From an uncultured Mucilaginibacter sp. (lineage in GTDB: Bacteria; Bacteroidota; Bacteroidia; Sphingobacteriales; Sphingobacteriaceae), in contig CAJYJH010000078.1 of NCBI GenBank assembly GCA_913775265.1, forward strand, positions 26,342 through 90,341: a stretch of DNA of 64,000 nucleotides, read 5' to 3'. The notes beneath the pieces are model-generated. The model did not search any database and was not told where the DNA came from. It saw only the letters and a program-made list of their open reading frames with translations. Shown one piece after another: positions 1 to 8,806 of the stretch (positions within the stretch are counted from its first letter, which is position 1; each line of letters opens with the position of its first letter). The translations under genes were made by a program, and so were the position numbers.

Positions 1-1
1 A

Positions 2-76
2 AAACGTAAGAGACATAAAATGGCTACCCACAAGCGTAAAAAACGTTTAAGAAAAAACAGACATAAAAAGAAATAA
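2..76 (+). CDS. 3' part of a small, very basic ribosomal protein (Bacteroidetes bS22 / AURKAIP1-COX24-like); 5' end lies outside the window
   Basis: Frame 2 reads KRKRHKMATHKRKKRLRKNRHKKK* (TAA at 74-76). This matches my recollection of the ~30-aa MPSGKKRKRHK..HKRKKR..NRHKKK family. Too short for the ORF track. Confidence 0.8.
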   Translation, partial: KRKRHKMATHKRKKRLRKNRHKKK

Positions 77-93
77 GCCGTTTTGACGGTGTG

Positions 94-133
94 TTTGCCT
101 GTACTTACTACGGTTAGTACAGGCAAATTTTTT
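94..133 (+). terminator. Rho-independent terminator after the bS22-like gene
   Basis: Stem TTTGCCTGTACT / AGTACAGGCAAA followed by a T-tract. Confidence 0.75.
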
Positions 134-194
134 ATTTGTTTTTATCCTCTTATTGTATGCGGCGTTACGCCGCTTTGAAGAAATGGAGTAGCAG

Positions 195-1745
195 TTGGTA
201 AAAGAATTAATTATCGATTCATCCCCTGCCGGGGCAACTATTGCCCTGTTGCAGGATAAACAACTCGTAGAACTTCATAAAGAGCAAATTTCCAATAATT
301 ATACTGTTGGAGACATTTACCTGGGCCGTGTTAAAAAGATAATGCCTGGGCTTAATGCTGCTTTTATTGATGTAGGATACGAGAAGGATGCGTTTTTGCA
401 CTACCTGGATTTAGGTCCGCAAGTGCAAAGCCTGCTCAAATTAACCAAACAGGTACGTGGAGGGAGTTACCAAACCAAGTTGCTGGATGATTTAAAGCTG
501 GAAGCTGACATTAACAAATCAGGTAAAATATCTGAAGTGTTAACCAAAAACCAGCTGATACCGGTGCAAATTGCCAAAGAGCCTATTTCAACCAAAGGCC
601 CGAGGCTGAGCTCCGATTTATCTATTGCCGGTCGCTATGTAGTGTTGGTGCCGTTTTCTGATGTAATCTCGATCTCTAAAAAGATTAAGAGCAACACAGA
701 GCGTACTCGCCTGCGCAAAATAGTGGAAGGTATAAAACCTGCCAATTTTGGGGTAATTATTCGTACAGTATCAGAGGGTAAGGGTGTAACCGAAATGCAG
801 AAAGACCTGCTGGATTTAATATCCAAGTGGGAGTCTTTTATGACGCGTTTGCCGGCTACCGATCCTTCCAAAAAAATACTGGGCGAGATTGACCGTACTT
901 CTACACTGTTAAGAGATATTTTGAATGCTGATTTCCAGCATATTTACGTTAACGAGAACTCAATTTTTGAGGAAGTACGTTCGTATGTACACGAAATATC
1001 ACCTGATTTGGAAAACATCGTGAGGTTGCACAAGCACCGCGATCCTATATTTGAGCATTACGGGATTGAAAAGCAAATTAAATCTGCTTTTGGTAAAACC
1101 GTAAACTTGGCTGGTGGAGCTTACCTGGTTATTGAGCACACCGAAGCCCTGCACGTAATTGACGTTAATAGCGGCAATCGTACGGCAAACAAAGAAAACC
1201 AGGAAGACAATGCCTTACAGGTAAACAAAGAGGCAGCCCGCGAAATAGCCCGGCAGTTACGTTTACGTGATATGGGCGGTATTGTAGTAGTCGATTTTAT
1301 TGACATGCACAAGCCAACCAACCGTAAAGAACTGTTTGATTATTTGCGCGATGAGATGGCACATGACAGGGCTAAGCATACCATTTTGCCGCCAAGCAAA
1401 TTTGGATTAGTGCAAATTACACGTCAGCGTGTACGCCCGGAGATGAACATTGTAACCAGCGAGGTTTGCCCTACTTGTAACGGTACAGGGACCATTAGGT
1501 CCAGCATTTTGCTGTTAGATGATATTGAAAATAATTTCAATTACATCCTGGTAGAGCAAAATGAAAAAAACATTACGCTTGTTGTACACCCGTACATCGA
1601 AGCTTACATCAAAAAAGGCCTGATAAGCCGGCAGATGAAATGGTATTTTAAATACGGTCAGTGGATAAAGGTGAAAGCCAACACGTCTTACCAGATCACT
1701 GAGTTCCATTTTATGAATGCTAAAGACGAAGAGATAAAACTCTAA
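195..1745 (+). CDS. rng: Rne/Rng family ribonuclease (RNase G-like)
   Basis: N-terminal S1 domain (GDIYLGRV..PGLNAAF), catalytic IDVNSG and DFIDM motifs, CPTCNG Zn-link; TTG start. Confidence 0.93.
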   Translation: MVKELIIDSSPAGATIALLQDKQLVELHKEQISNNYTVGDIYLGRVKKIMPGLNAAFIDVGYEKDAFLHYLDLGPQVQSLLKLTKQVRGGSYQTKLLDDLKLEADINKSGKISEVLTKNQLIPVQIAKEPISTKGPRLSSDLSIAGRYVVLVPFSDVISISKKIKSNTERTRLRKIVEGIKPANFGVIIRTVSEGKGVTEMQKDLLDLISKWESFMTRLPATDPSKKILGEIDRTSTLLRDILNADFQHIYVNENSIFEEVRSYVHEISPDLENIVRLHKHRDPIFEHYGIEKQIKSAFGKTVNLAGGAYLVIEHTEALHVIDVNSGNRTANKENQEDNALQVNKEAAREIARQLRLRDMGGIVVVDFIDMHKPTNRKELFDYLRDEMAHDRAKHTILPPSKFGLVQITRQRVRPEMNIVTSEVCPTCNGTGTIRSSILLLDDIENNFNYILVEQNEKNITLVVHPYIEAYIKKGLISRQMKWYFKYGQWIKVKANTSYQITEFHFMNAKDEEIKL

Positions 1746-1783
1746 ACGTAAAAATAAGCGAAAGCTAAATACATTAGCAAATG

Positions 1784-1816
1784 ACAAAGGGTTGATAGTT
1801 ACTATCAGCCCTTTGT
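1784..1816. terminator. Terminator-like hairpin after rng
   Basis: ACAAAGGGTTGATAG-tta-CTATCAGCCCTTTGT, 15-bp stem with one G-U pair. Confidence 0.7.
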
Positions 1817-1870
1817 TGTATATTTATAGCTAATAAAAACCTTTAGTGCGATTACATTTGAGTAGTTTCA

Positions 1871-1903
1871 TTTGCACATCTGCACATTTAAAATTTGCAC
1901 ATT
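1871..1903 (+). repeat. Short TGCACAT repeat cluster in the radA leader
   Basis: tttgcacatc-tgcacattt-aaaa-tttgcacatt: three copies of TGCACAT in 33 bp. Confidence 0.6.
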
Positions 1904-1909
1904 CGTCAA

Positions 1910-3352
1910 TTGGCTAAAACAAAATCAGCATATTTTTGCCAGAACTGCGGCTACGAGTCGCCAAAGTGGCTGGGCAAATGCCCATCTTGCGGGCAGTGGA
2001 ATACCTTTGTAGAAGAGGTGGTAGAAAAGCCCAATGCGGCTATCCCCAACTGGAAGCCCAGCAACAATAGTAGCGGCCCAAAATCTACCTCTACACAACG
2101 GGCTAACAAAGCCGTACCGGTTAACAGCATCGACTTTGCGGAAGAACACCGTATCCTGACACCTGATAAAGAACTTAACCGGGTGTTGGGTGGCGGTATT
2201 GTAGCCGGGTCATTAATATTAATAGGTGGGGAGCCCGGTATCGGTAAATCTACTTTAATGCTTCAATTGGCATTAAGCATGCCTGCAGCCAAAATATTGT
2301 ATGTATCCGGAGAGGAGAGCGACCGGCAGATAAAAATGCGTGCTGAGCGGATTTCTGCACCGCAGCCTGGCGCTAACGGTTTAAACGGCACCGGCTGTTT
2401 TATTTTAACGGAGACTTCTACGCAAAATATATTTAAACAGATTGAGCAATTGCAGCCTGATCTGGTGATTGTAGATTCTATACAAACGCTATATTCAGCG
2501 CATATCGAATCAACACCCGGCAGTGTGTCACAAGTACGCGAGTGTACGGCCGAATTACTGCGCTTTGCCAAAGAGAGTTCGACACCGGTGTTCTTGATTG
2601 GTCATATCACTAAGGATGGTATGATTGCCGGGCCAAAAATACTGGAGCATATGGTAGATACTGTATTGCAGTTTGAAGGCGACAGGCACCATGTGTATCG
2701 TATTTTGAGAGCAATCAAAAACCGTTTTGGTTCGGCGTCTGAGTTGGGTATTTATGAAATGTTGGGCGCAGGTTTGCGCGAGGTATCAAACCCATCCGAA
2801 ATTTTATTATCACAGCGGGATGAAGCGTTGAGTGGTATTACCATTAGTGCCACTTTAGAAGGCCTCAGGCCTATGCTGATTGAAACGCAGGCATTGGTGA
2901 GCACATCCGCTTACGGAACGCCTCAGCGGTCGGCTACGGGCTTTGATACGCGCCGTATGAACATGCTGTTGGCCGTGCTCGAGAAGCGTTGTGGTTTTCG
3001 CTTAGGCACCAAAGATGTATTCTTAAATATAACGGGAGGTATTAAGGTTGAAGATCCGGCTATTGATTTGGGTTTAGCGGCCGCTATCATATCATCTCAT
3101 GAGGATATGCCAATATCCTCAAAAACGTGTTTTGCCGGAGAGTTAGGTTTATCGGGCGAGATTAGAGCCGTTAACCGGATTGAACAGCGCATTGCCGAAG
3201 CGCAGAAGTTGGGCTTTGAGCAGATCTTCATTTCCAAGTACAATTTACCATCAGGTAAAAAAGATAAAAACCAACTCGATTTATCTCATTACAATATCGA
3301 AATTAAACCGGTAAGCCGTATTGAAGAAGTATTCGGGCTGTTATTCGGCTAA
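1910..3352 (+). CDS. radA: DNA repair protein RadA/Sms
   Basis: C4 Zn finger (CQNCG...CPSCG), Walker A GEPGIGKST, KNRFG motif, Lon-like C-terminus. TTG at 1910 (LAKTKSAYFC) preferred over 1895. Confidence 0.96.
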   Translation: MAKTKSAYFCQNCGYESPKWLGKCPSCGQWNTFVEEVVEKPNAAIPNWKPSNNSSGPKSTSTQRANKAVPVNSIDFAEEHRILTPDKELNRVLGGGIVAGSLILIGGEPGIGKSTLMLQLALSMPAAKILYVSGEESDRQIKMRAERISAPQPGANGLNGTGCFILTETSTQNIFKQIEQLQPDLVIVDSIQTLYSAHIESTPGSVSQVRECTAELLRFAKESSTPVFLIGHITKDGMIAGPKILEHMVDTVLQFEGDRHHVYRILRAIKNRFGSASELGIYEMLGAGLREVSNPSEILLSQRDEALSGITISATLEGLRPMLIETQALVSTSAYGTPQRSATGFDTRRMNMLLAVLEKRCGFRLGTKDVFLNITGGIKVEDPAIDLGLAAAIISSHEDMPISSKTCFAGELGLSGEIRAVNRIEQRIAEAQKLGFEQIFISKYNLPSGKKDKNQLDLSHYNIEIKPVSRIEEVFGLLFG

Positions 3353-3361
3353 AGTAATTTA

Positions 3362-3408
3362 AAAAAGAGGAAGGGGCTGATTGTATGAATCAGCCCCTTC
3401 CTCTTTTT
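3362..3408. terminator. Bidirectional terminator between the convergent radA and NHL-repeat genes
   Basis: Perfect 21-bp stem AAAAAGAGGAAGGGGCTGATT / AATCAGCCCCTTCCTCTTTTT with A and T tracts on either side. Confidence 0.85.
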
Positions 3409-3423
3409 ACATTATGTGTACAG

Positions 3424-4803
3424 TTATTTAGTAGTCACTACCATTTTCCTAATCCGGTTGTTATTCAAGTCGGCCACATAAATATTTTTACTGGCATCAA
3501 CCGCAATACCGGTTGGCCCCGAAAATTGTGCGGTAGTTTTAGAGCCGTCTGCAAAACCAGCAGTATTTGCTTTGCCGGCTAAAGTATATAACACATTTGC
3601 AGCAGTTATAATAAGTATTCGGCCACTTTGGTCAGTAATGTAAACTGCGCCTTGCTGATCAATGGCAATTCCGGTTGGTGTATGTAATAAACCTGTAGTT
3701 GCACTGGTGCCTACCAGCAAGCTTACCAAACCTGCTGATGTTACCTTACGTACAGCATAGTTGCCTTGGTCGGTTACATACAAGTTACCCGATGCATCTA
3801 TGGCTAAACCATAAGGGCGGTTAAACGAAGCTGTTGAGCCATCACCGTTAATGTTGCCTCCGGCACCGGTTCCGGCAAGGGTGCTTACTACACCTGCTGA
3901 TGTTATTTTGCGGATACGGTTATTACCCTGGTCGGCTACGTAAACATTGCCTGATGCATCAGCAACCAGGCCCTGAGGGGCATTGAATGCCGCGGTAGAA
4001 CCGTTTCCATTCACATACCCGGCTGTACCGCTTCCGGCCATTATGGTTACCGTACCGTTACTGGTAATTTTATAAATAGCGTTGTTCCCTAAATCAGATA
4101 CATAAACGTTGCCTGCAGCATCTGTGGCTATACCATTAGGGCTGTAAAACTGTGCCGTAGTAGCTGTTCCGCCACTAAAGCCCAAGGCACCGCTGCCTGC
4201 AAAAGTAGTTACTACTCCGGCAGGAGTTATTTTACGGATCAAATGGTTAAAAGAGTCGGTTACATACACATTGCCTTGCGCATCAACAGCTGTACCGGTT
4301 GGACTGCTAAAAGCTGCGTTGGCGCCCGTACCGTTAGTTAAGCCTGCATTGCCGCTTCCGGCCAAGGTTGAAACCGTTACACTGGTATCGGCCGTGCTGG
4401 CACTGGTTTTAAAAGTAATGACACTACCATAACCTGTTCCGGCATCTGTTGTAGCATAGCTTCTTAAGTAATAGGTAGTATTGGGTGCAAGGCCGGTTAT
4501 ATCACTTTTAAAATTGACGCTGGTGCTGGTACTGGTTTTCGAGTCGCTTATGGTAGGGTTAGCATTACTTGCACTGTAAACCACGCCTAAGCCAGTCAAA
4601 TTTAGCGATGAACCGTAATCGGTAAGCATACCACCGGCCTGTACACCGGTTGATGTAAGATTAGCCAACACCGGAACCGTAGCCGTAGAAGGGGCAACCG
4701 GATCAACATTGGTTGATTTATTGCAACCCGCTATACCTACAGCTGACGCTATAAAGCATGCTAATAAACTATGTTTTAAAATGTAAGTCTGTTTCAATGT
4801 CAT
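3424..4803 (-). CDS. NHL-repeat beta-propeller lipoprotein with an N-terminal FN3-like segment
   Basis: Lipobox IAGC; GLAPNTTYYLRSYAT..GTGYG (FN3-like); repeated F..P.GIAVD..GNVYV.D..N..IRKIT units. Confidence 0.85.
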   Translation of the reverse strand: MTLKQTYILKHSLLACFIASAVGIAGCNKSTNVDPVAPSTATVPVLANLTSTGVQAGGMLTDYGSSLNLTGLGVVYSASNANPTISDSKTSTSTSVNFKSDITGLAPNTTYYLRSYATTDAGTGYGSVITFKTSASTADTSVTVSTLAGSGNAGLTNGTGANAAFSSPTGTAVDAQGNVYVTDSFNHLIRKITPAGVVTTFAGSGALGFSGGTATTAQFYSPNGIATDAAGNVYVSDLGNNAIYKITSNGTVTIMAGSGTAGYVNGNGSTAAFNAPQGLVADASGNVYVADQGNNRIRKITSAGVVSTLAGTGAGGNINGDGSTASFNRPYGLAIDASGNLYVTDQGNYAVRKVTSAGLVSLLVGTSATTGLLHTPTGIAIDQQGAVYITDQSGRILIITAANVLYTLAGKANTAGFADGSKTTAQFSGPTGIAVDASKNIYVADLNNNRIRKMVVTTK

Positions 4804-5034
4804 CTAAAATCTTTTTGTAAAAATGCAATAAACCGAAAAGCGCCCTAATGAATAACTATACGTAGTAAACAAACACAGTATTACAGAGTGGCTCATTACA
4901 AAGTTAACAACCTGCTTTTATTTCGGCCTGCTAATTAACTAAACCTTAGACAATATTATCGCAAAGAAGTGTTAAAGTTTGTTAACATGAAGCAAAACAG
5001 TCCATGATTTGTTATCTGTTTCGAAATTATTACG

Positions 5035-5499
5035 ATGATGAAGCGCCTTATATTTTTTGCAGCCTTTTTGTTAATGATTAGCGGCACGTGTGCTTTTGCA
5101 CAACAGCCGGCTAAATTACCACATGGTATGGTGTTTGGAACAAAACCAAGTACCGTAGGACTAATGCCTGCCTCACAACTGGAATCGTTTATGGGCAAAC
5201 GTAGCCGGATCAGTACTGCGATTGTAGGTAAAATACTTAAAGTAACTAATGTTAAAGAAGGCTATTTTTTGATGGATGCCGGTAACGGTAAAGTAATTGA
5301 TGCGCGTTTTAAAAGGGAAGGCGTAAGTTTACCACCTAACATCAAAGGACGCGAAGTTATCATATCAGGTGTGGCAACCAAACAGTTTAATGCGTTTGAT
5401 GCTCAGCGCCAGGCCGGCAGCAAGCCATCGTCAAAAAAACAAGGGAATACGCCACAGCCACTAAGCTTTGAGGCTGTGGGGCTAATGGTTAATAAATAA
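5035..5499 (+). CDS. Secreted DUF4920-like (OB-fold-like) protein
   Basis: Signal peptide ending AFA-Q; pattern FG...IVGKILKV...YFLMD.G.GK.I.ARFK..G..LP.NIKGREVIISG resembles DUF4920. Confidence 0.55.
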   Translation: MMKRLIFFAAFLLMISGTCAFAQQPAKLPHGMVFGTKPSTVGLMPASQLESFMGKRSRISTAIVGKILKVTNVKEGYFLMDAGNGKVIDARFKREGVSLPPNIKGREVIISGVATKQFNAFDAQRQAGSKPSSKKQGNTPQPLSFEAVGLMVNK

Positions 5500-5504
5500 A
5501 TAAA

Positions 5505-5540
5505 AAAGAGGATGTAAGCGGTTAAGCTTACATCCTCTTT
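5505..5540. terminator. Bidirectional terminator between the DUF4920-like gene and carB
   Basis: AAAGAGGATGTAAGC / GCTTACATCCTCTTT, 15-bp stem. Confidence 0.8.
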
Positions 5541-5561
5541 AACTATAATTTTCAGATTTTA

Positions 5562-8381
5562 CTATTTGCTCAAATACATTGATTTCTCTTTGTATAAATG
5601 GCGGAAATAAGGGTCCATCAAATTTGGGATAAAGCGGATAGCTTCGCCGGTTGATTTCATTTCAGGACCTAACTCTTTATTAACTTCAGGGAATTTATCA
5701 AAAGAGAATACCGGTTCTTTAATGGCATATCCTACCAGCTTACGCTCAATCTTAAAGTCTTTAAGTTTGTTGGCGCCCAGCATAATTTTAGCCGCTATAT
5801 TGATGTAAGGTGCATCATATGCTTTAGCAATAAAAGGCACCGTACGCGAAGCGCGTGGGTTAGCCTCAATTACATAAACCTTATCGTTTTTAACCGCAAA
5901 CTGAATGTTTAACAAACCGCGAACATTCAAGGCTTTTGAAAGTTTGATGGTGTACTCCTCAATCTGCTCCATTACACTGTCAGACAAGTCGAACGGTGGC
6001 AATACAGCGTAAGAATCGCCTGAGTGGATACCGGCAGGCTCAATGTGCTCCATGATACCTACAATGTGCACGTCCTCACCATCACCAATCGAGTCAGATT
6101 CTGCTTCAGAAGCACGATCCAGGAAGTGATCAATCAGTACACGGTTACCCGGCAGATTGCGCAATAAGTTTACTACAGCACGCTCCAGGTCTTCATCATT
6201 AATTACTATGCTCATACCCTGACCACCCAGTACATAGCTCGGACGAACTAAAACCGGATAGCCTACTTCGTGTGCCACTTCTAATGCTTCTTCAGCGCTC
6301 TCGGCAACACCATATTTAGGATAAGGAATGCCCAATTCTTTCAACAAATCAGAAAAACGGCCACGATCTTCGGCAATATCCATGTCGTTAAACGAGGTGC
6401 CTATAATTTTGATACCATACTCATGCAGCTTTTCGGCCATTTTCAACGCTGTCTGACCGCCTAACTGTACAATAACACCCTCTGGTTTTTCCAGATCGAT
6501 AATCTCGCGTACATGTTCCCAGAACACCGGCTCAAAGTATAGCTTGTCGGCCATGTTAAAGTCGGTTGATACTGTTTCGGGGTTACAGTTAATCATGATG
6601 GCTTCATAACCTGCTTCTTTAGCAGCTAACAAACCGTGTACACAGCTGTAATCAAACTCAATACCCTGGCCGATACGATTTGGACCTGAGCCTAATACGA
6701 TGATTTTTTTACGATCAGACACGATGGATTCATTTTCACCTTCGTAGGTAGAGTAGTAGTATGGCGTTTGTGCCTGGAATTCAGCTGCACAGGTATCTAC
6801 CATTTTGTAAACCCGATTGATACCTGATGCTTTACGGCGTTGATATACATCTTCTTCGGTGGTGTTTACACCTAATATCCAGGCAATCTGCACGTCCGAA
6901 AAACCTTTTTGCTTAACGGTAAGCAAAATATCATCCGGAATATTATTGATAGAGTAACGACGTAATTCGTTCTCTAAGTTTACAATCTCTTGTATCTGGT
7001 TTAAGAACCAGCGGTCAATCTTGGTTGCTTTACGCACCGACTCAATAGGCACACCTAAGCTCAATGCATCATAAACGTGGAACAATCTGTCCCAGCTTGG
7101 ATGCTCCAAGCTTTGCATAATTTCGTCGAGATTGCGGCTTTGGCGACCATCAGCACCTAAACCTGCACGGCCAATCTCTAAACTCTGACAGGCTTTTTGC
7201 AATGCCTCAATAAAGCTGCGGCCAATACCCATTACTTCACCTACCGATTTCATTTGAAGGCCCAGTTCTTTATTGGCACCTTTAAATTTATCAAAGTTCC
7301 AACGAGGGATTTTTACAATAACGTAATCCAGTGTTGGTTCAAAGTAAGCAGAAGTGGTTTTGGTGATTTGGTTTTCTACCTCATCCAGGTTATAACCTAT
7401 AGCCAGCTTAGCAGCAATTTTAGCAATTGGGTAACCTGTTGCTTTAGAGGCTAAGGCCGATGAACGTGAAACGCGTGGGTTAATCTCGATAGCGATGATC
7501 TCTTCGTTAGCCGGGTTAACCGAGAACTGAACGTTACAGCCACCTGCAAAGTTACCAATGGCACGCATCATCTTAATAGCCTGGTTACGCATTTCCTGGT
7601 AGCAGCGATCGCTCAGGGTCATAGCAGGGGCTACAGTAATGGAGTCACCTGTATGGATGCCCATTGGGTCAAAGTTCTCGATAGAACAGATGATGATTAC
7701 GTTGTCGCGGTTATCGCGCAGTAATTCTAATTCATATTCTTTCCAGCCTAAAACTGCTTGCTCTACCAGTACCTCGTGAGTAGGAGAAGCTTGTAAGCCG
7801 CGGCTTAAAGCTGCATCAAAATCTTCTTTTTTGTGAACAAAACCAGCACCTTTACCACCTAATGTATAGCTTGGACGAATTACCAGTGGAAAGCCGATTT
7901 CCTGAGCGGCTTCTTTGCCTTCTAAAAAGGAATTGGCAATTTTAGATTTAGCCACACCTACGTTAATGTCGACCATCAACTGGCGGAAAGCCTCGCGGTT
8001 TTCAGTTTTCTCAATAGCAGCAACGTCAACACCAACAACCTTAACATTGTATTTTTCCCAAATACCACGCTCTGAGGCTTCGATGCACAGGTTTAATGCA
8101 GTTTGGCCACCCATAGTTGGCAATACAGCATCAATTTGCTGTTCACTCAAAATTTTCTCCAGACTTTCGCAGGTAAGTGGCAACAAGTAAACATGATCGG
8201 CAATTACTTTGTCGGTCATGATGGTTGCAGGATTGCTGTTGATGATGGAAACTTTGATGCCTTCGTCTTTTAACGAAAGGGCAGCTTGTGAACCGGCATA
8301 GTCAAACTCGCAAGCCTGACCAATAACAATAGGGCCTGAGCCGATAATCAGTACTGATTTGATGGAGGTATCTTTGGGCAT
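5562..8381 (-). CDS. carB: Carbamoyl-phosphate synthase large subunit (short form, 939 aa)
   Basis: MPKD..IKSVLIIGSGPIVIGQACEFDY start; two ATP-grasp halves (GIHTGDS, EINPRVSRSS; GIHSGDS, EANPRASRT); ends soon after MKSTGE. Confidence 0.97.
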   Translation of the reverse strand: MPKDTSIKSVLIIGSGPIVIGQACEFDYAGSQAALSLKDEGIKVSIINSNPATIMTDKVIADHVYLLPLTCESLEKILSEQQIDAVLPTMGGQTALNLCIEASERGIWEKYNVKVVGVDVAAIEKTENREAFRQLMVDINVGVAKSKIANSFLEGKEAAQEIGFPLVIRPSYTLGGKGAGFVHKKEDFDAALSRGLQASPTHEVLVEQAVLGWKEYELELLRDNRDNVIIICSIENFDPMGIHTGDSITVAPAMTLSDRCYQEMRNQAIKMMRAIGNFAGGCNVQFSVNPANEEIIAIEINPRVSRSSALASKATGYPIAKIAAKLAIGYNLDEVENQITKTTSAYFEPTLDYVIVKIPRWNFDKFKGANKELGLQMKSVGEVMGIGRSFIEALQKACQSLEIGRAGLGADGRQSRNLDEIMQSLEHPSWDRLFHVYDALSLGVPIESVRKATKIDRWFLNQIQEIVNLENELRRYSINNIPDDILLTVKQKGFSDVQIAWILGVNTTEEDVYQRRKASGINRVYKMVDTCAAEFQAQTPYYYSTYEGENESIVSDRKKIIVLGSGPNRIGQGIEFDYSCVHGLLAAKEAGYEAIMINCNPETVSTDFNMADKLYFEPVFWEHVREIIDLEKPEGVIVQLGGQTALKMAEKLHEYGIKIIGTSFNDMDIAEDRGRFSDLLKELGIPYPKYGVAESAEEALEVAHEVGYPVLVRPSYVLGGQGMSIVINDEDLERAVVNLLRNLPGNRVLIDHFLDRASEAESDSIGDGEDVHIVGIMEHIEPAGIHSGDSYAVLPPFDLSDSVMEQIEEYTIKLSKALNVRGLLNIQFAVKNDKVYVIEANPRASRTVPFIAKAYDAPYINIAAKIMLGANKLKDFKIERKLVGYAIKEPVFSFDKFPEVNKELGPEMKSTGEAIRFIPNLMDPYFRHLYKEKSMYLSK

Positions 8382-8491
8382 AGTCTTAAATCAATATTTG
8401 TTGTTTAAAGTCCGTGGTTAATAATTTACTGATGATTTTGTATCGTAAATTACTAACGGTAAAACACTCAAAAAGCTATGCGCTGAAAGGC

Positions 8492-8525
8492 AAAAACCCG
8501 ACTTCAGCGTCGGGATGCAAAGATA
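8492..8525 (-). promoter_or_regulatory. carB -7 promoter element followed by a GC hairpin and U5 tract
   Basis: Minus strand reads TATCTTTG (TAnnTTTG)-cat-CCCGAC-gctgaa-GTCGGG-TTTTT. Confidence 0.55.
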
Positions 8526-8612
8526 GGACTTTAACAGGTATCTGATTTAAAAAAATGATAATTTAATAATGGCGGATTGGTTGAGCTTTTATTGTCCTAA
8601 ATTAAACACAAT

Positions 8613-8806
8613 AGGTAATGCATATTTTACGCGTACAGCACGACTACACTGTATTCCTGGTTGCCATTCAGGGCTCTCGTTCAGCACTCTGGTAGCTTCC
8701 TCAGTAACAATGGCGAAGGCTATTTACCAACGGGATAAATGCCGGTAACGCGCCTACTCTGGTTGCTCAAAATACTTGTAAGCTACCCCAGTCGAAAGTA
8801 TTACCT
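8613..8806. ncRNA. Candidate structured non-coding RNA, family and strand unresolved
   Basis: Terminal pairing AGGTAATGC/GTATTACCT; nested helices CGACT/AGTCG, GGTAGCTT/AAGCTACC, AGTAAC/GTTGCT, GGCG/CGCC and an apical GGC.ATTTA/TAAAT.GCC hairpin; higher GC than the AT-rich flank at 8530-8612; no ORF in the track. Confidence 0.45.

Noticed and set aside
3362-3408. 21-bp perfect inverted repeat as a MITE or REP element
   Set aside because: Single copy in the window, located between convergent genes with A/T tails; a bidirectional terminator explains it.
3600-4380. Possible DNA repeat array or CRISPR-like periodicity
   Set aside because: The periodicity is protein-level NHL repeats with synonymous divergence; there are no identical repeats with unique spacers.
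8613-8806. Assignment of the element as a hammerhead ribozyme or a SAM-I, TPP or lysine riboswitch
   Set aside because: Only isolated fragments match (CTGAGGA, GGCAACC on the minus strand); the companion core motifs (GAAA, P1 AUC..GAU, CUGAGA/ACCUG) are missing.
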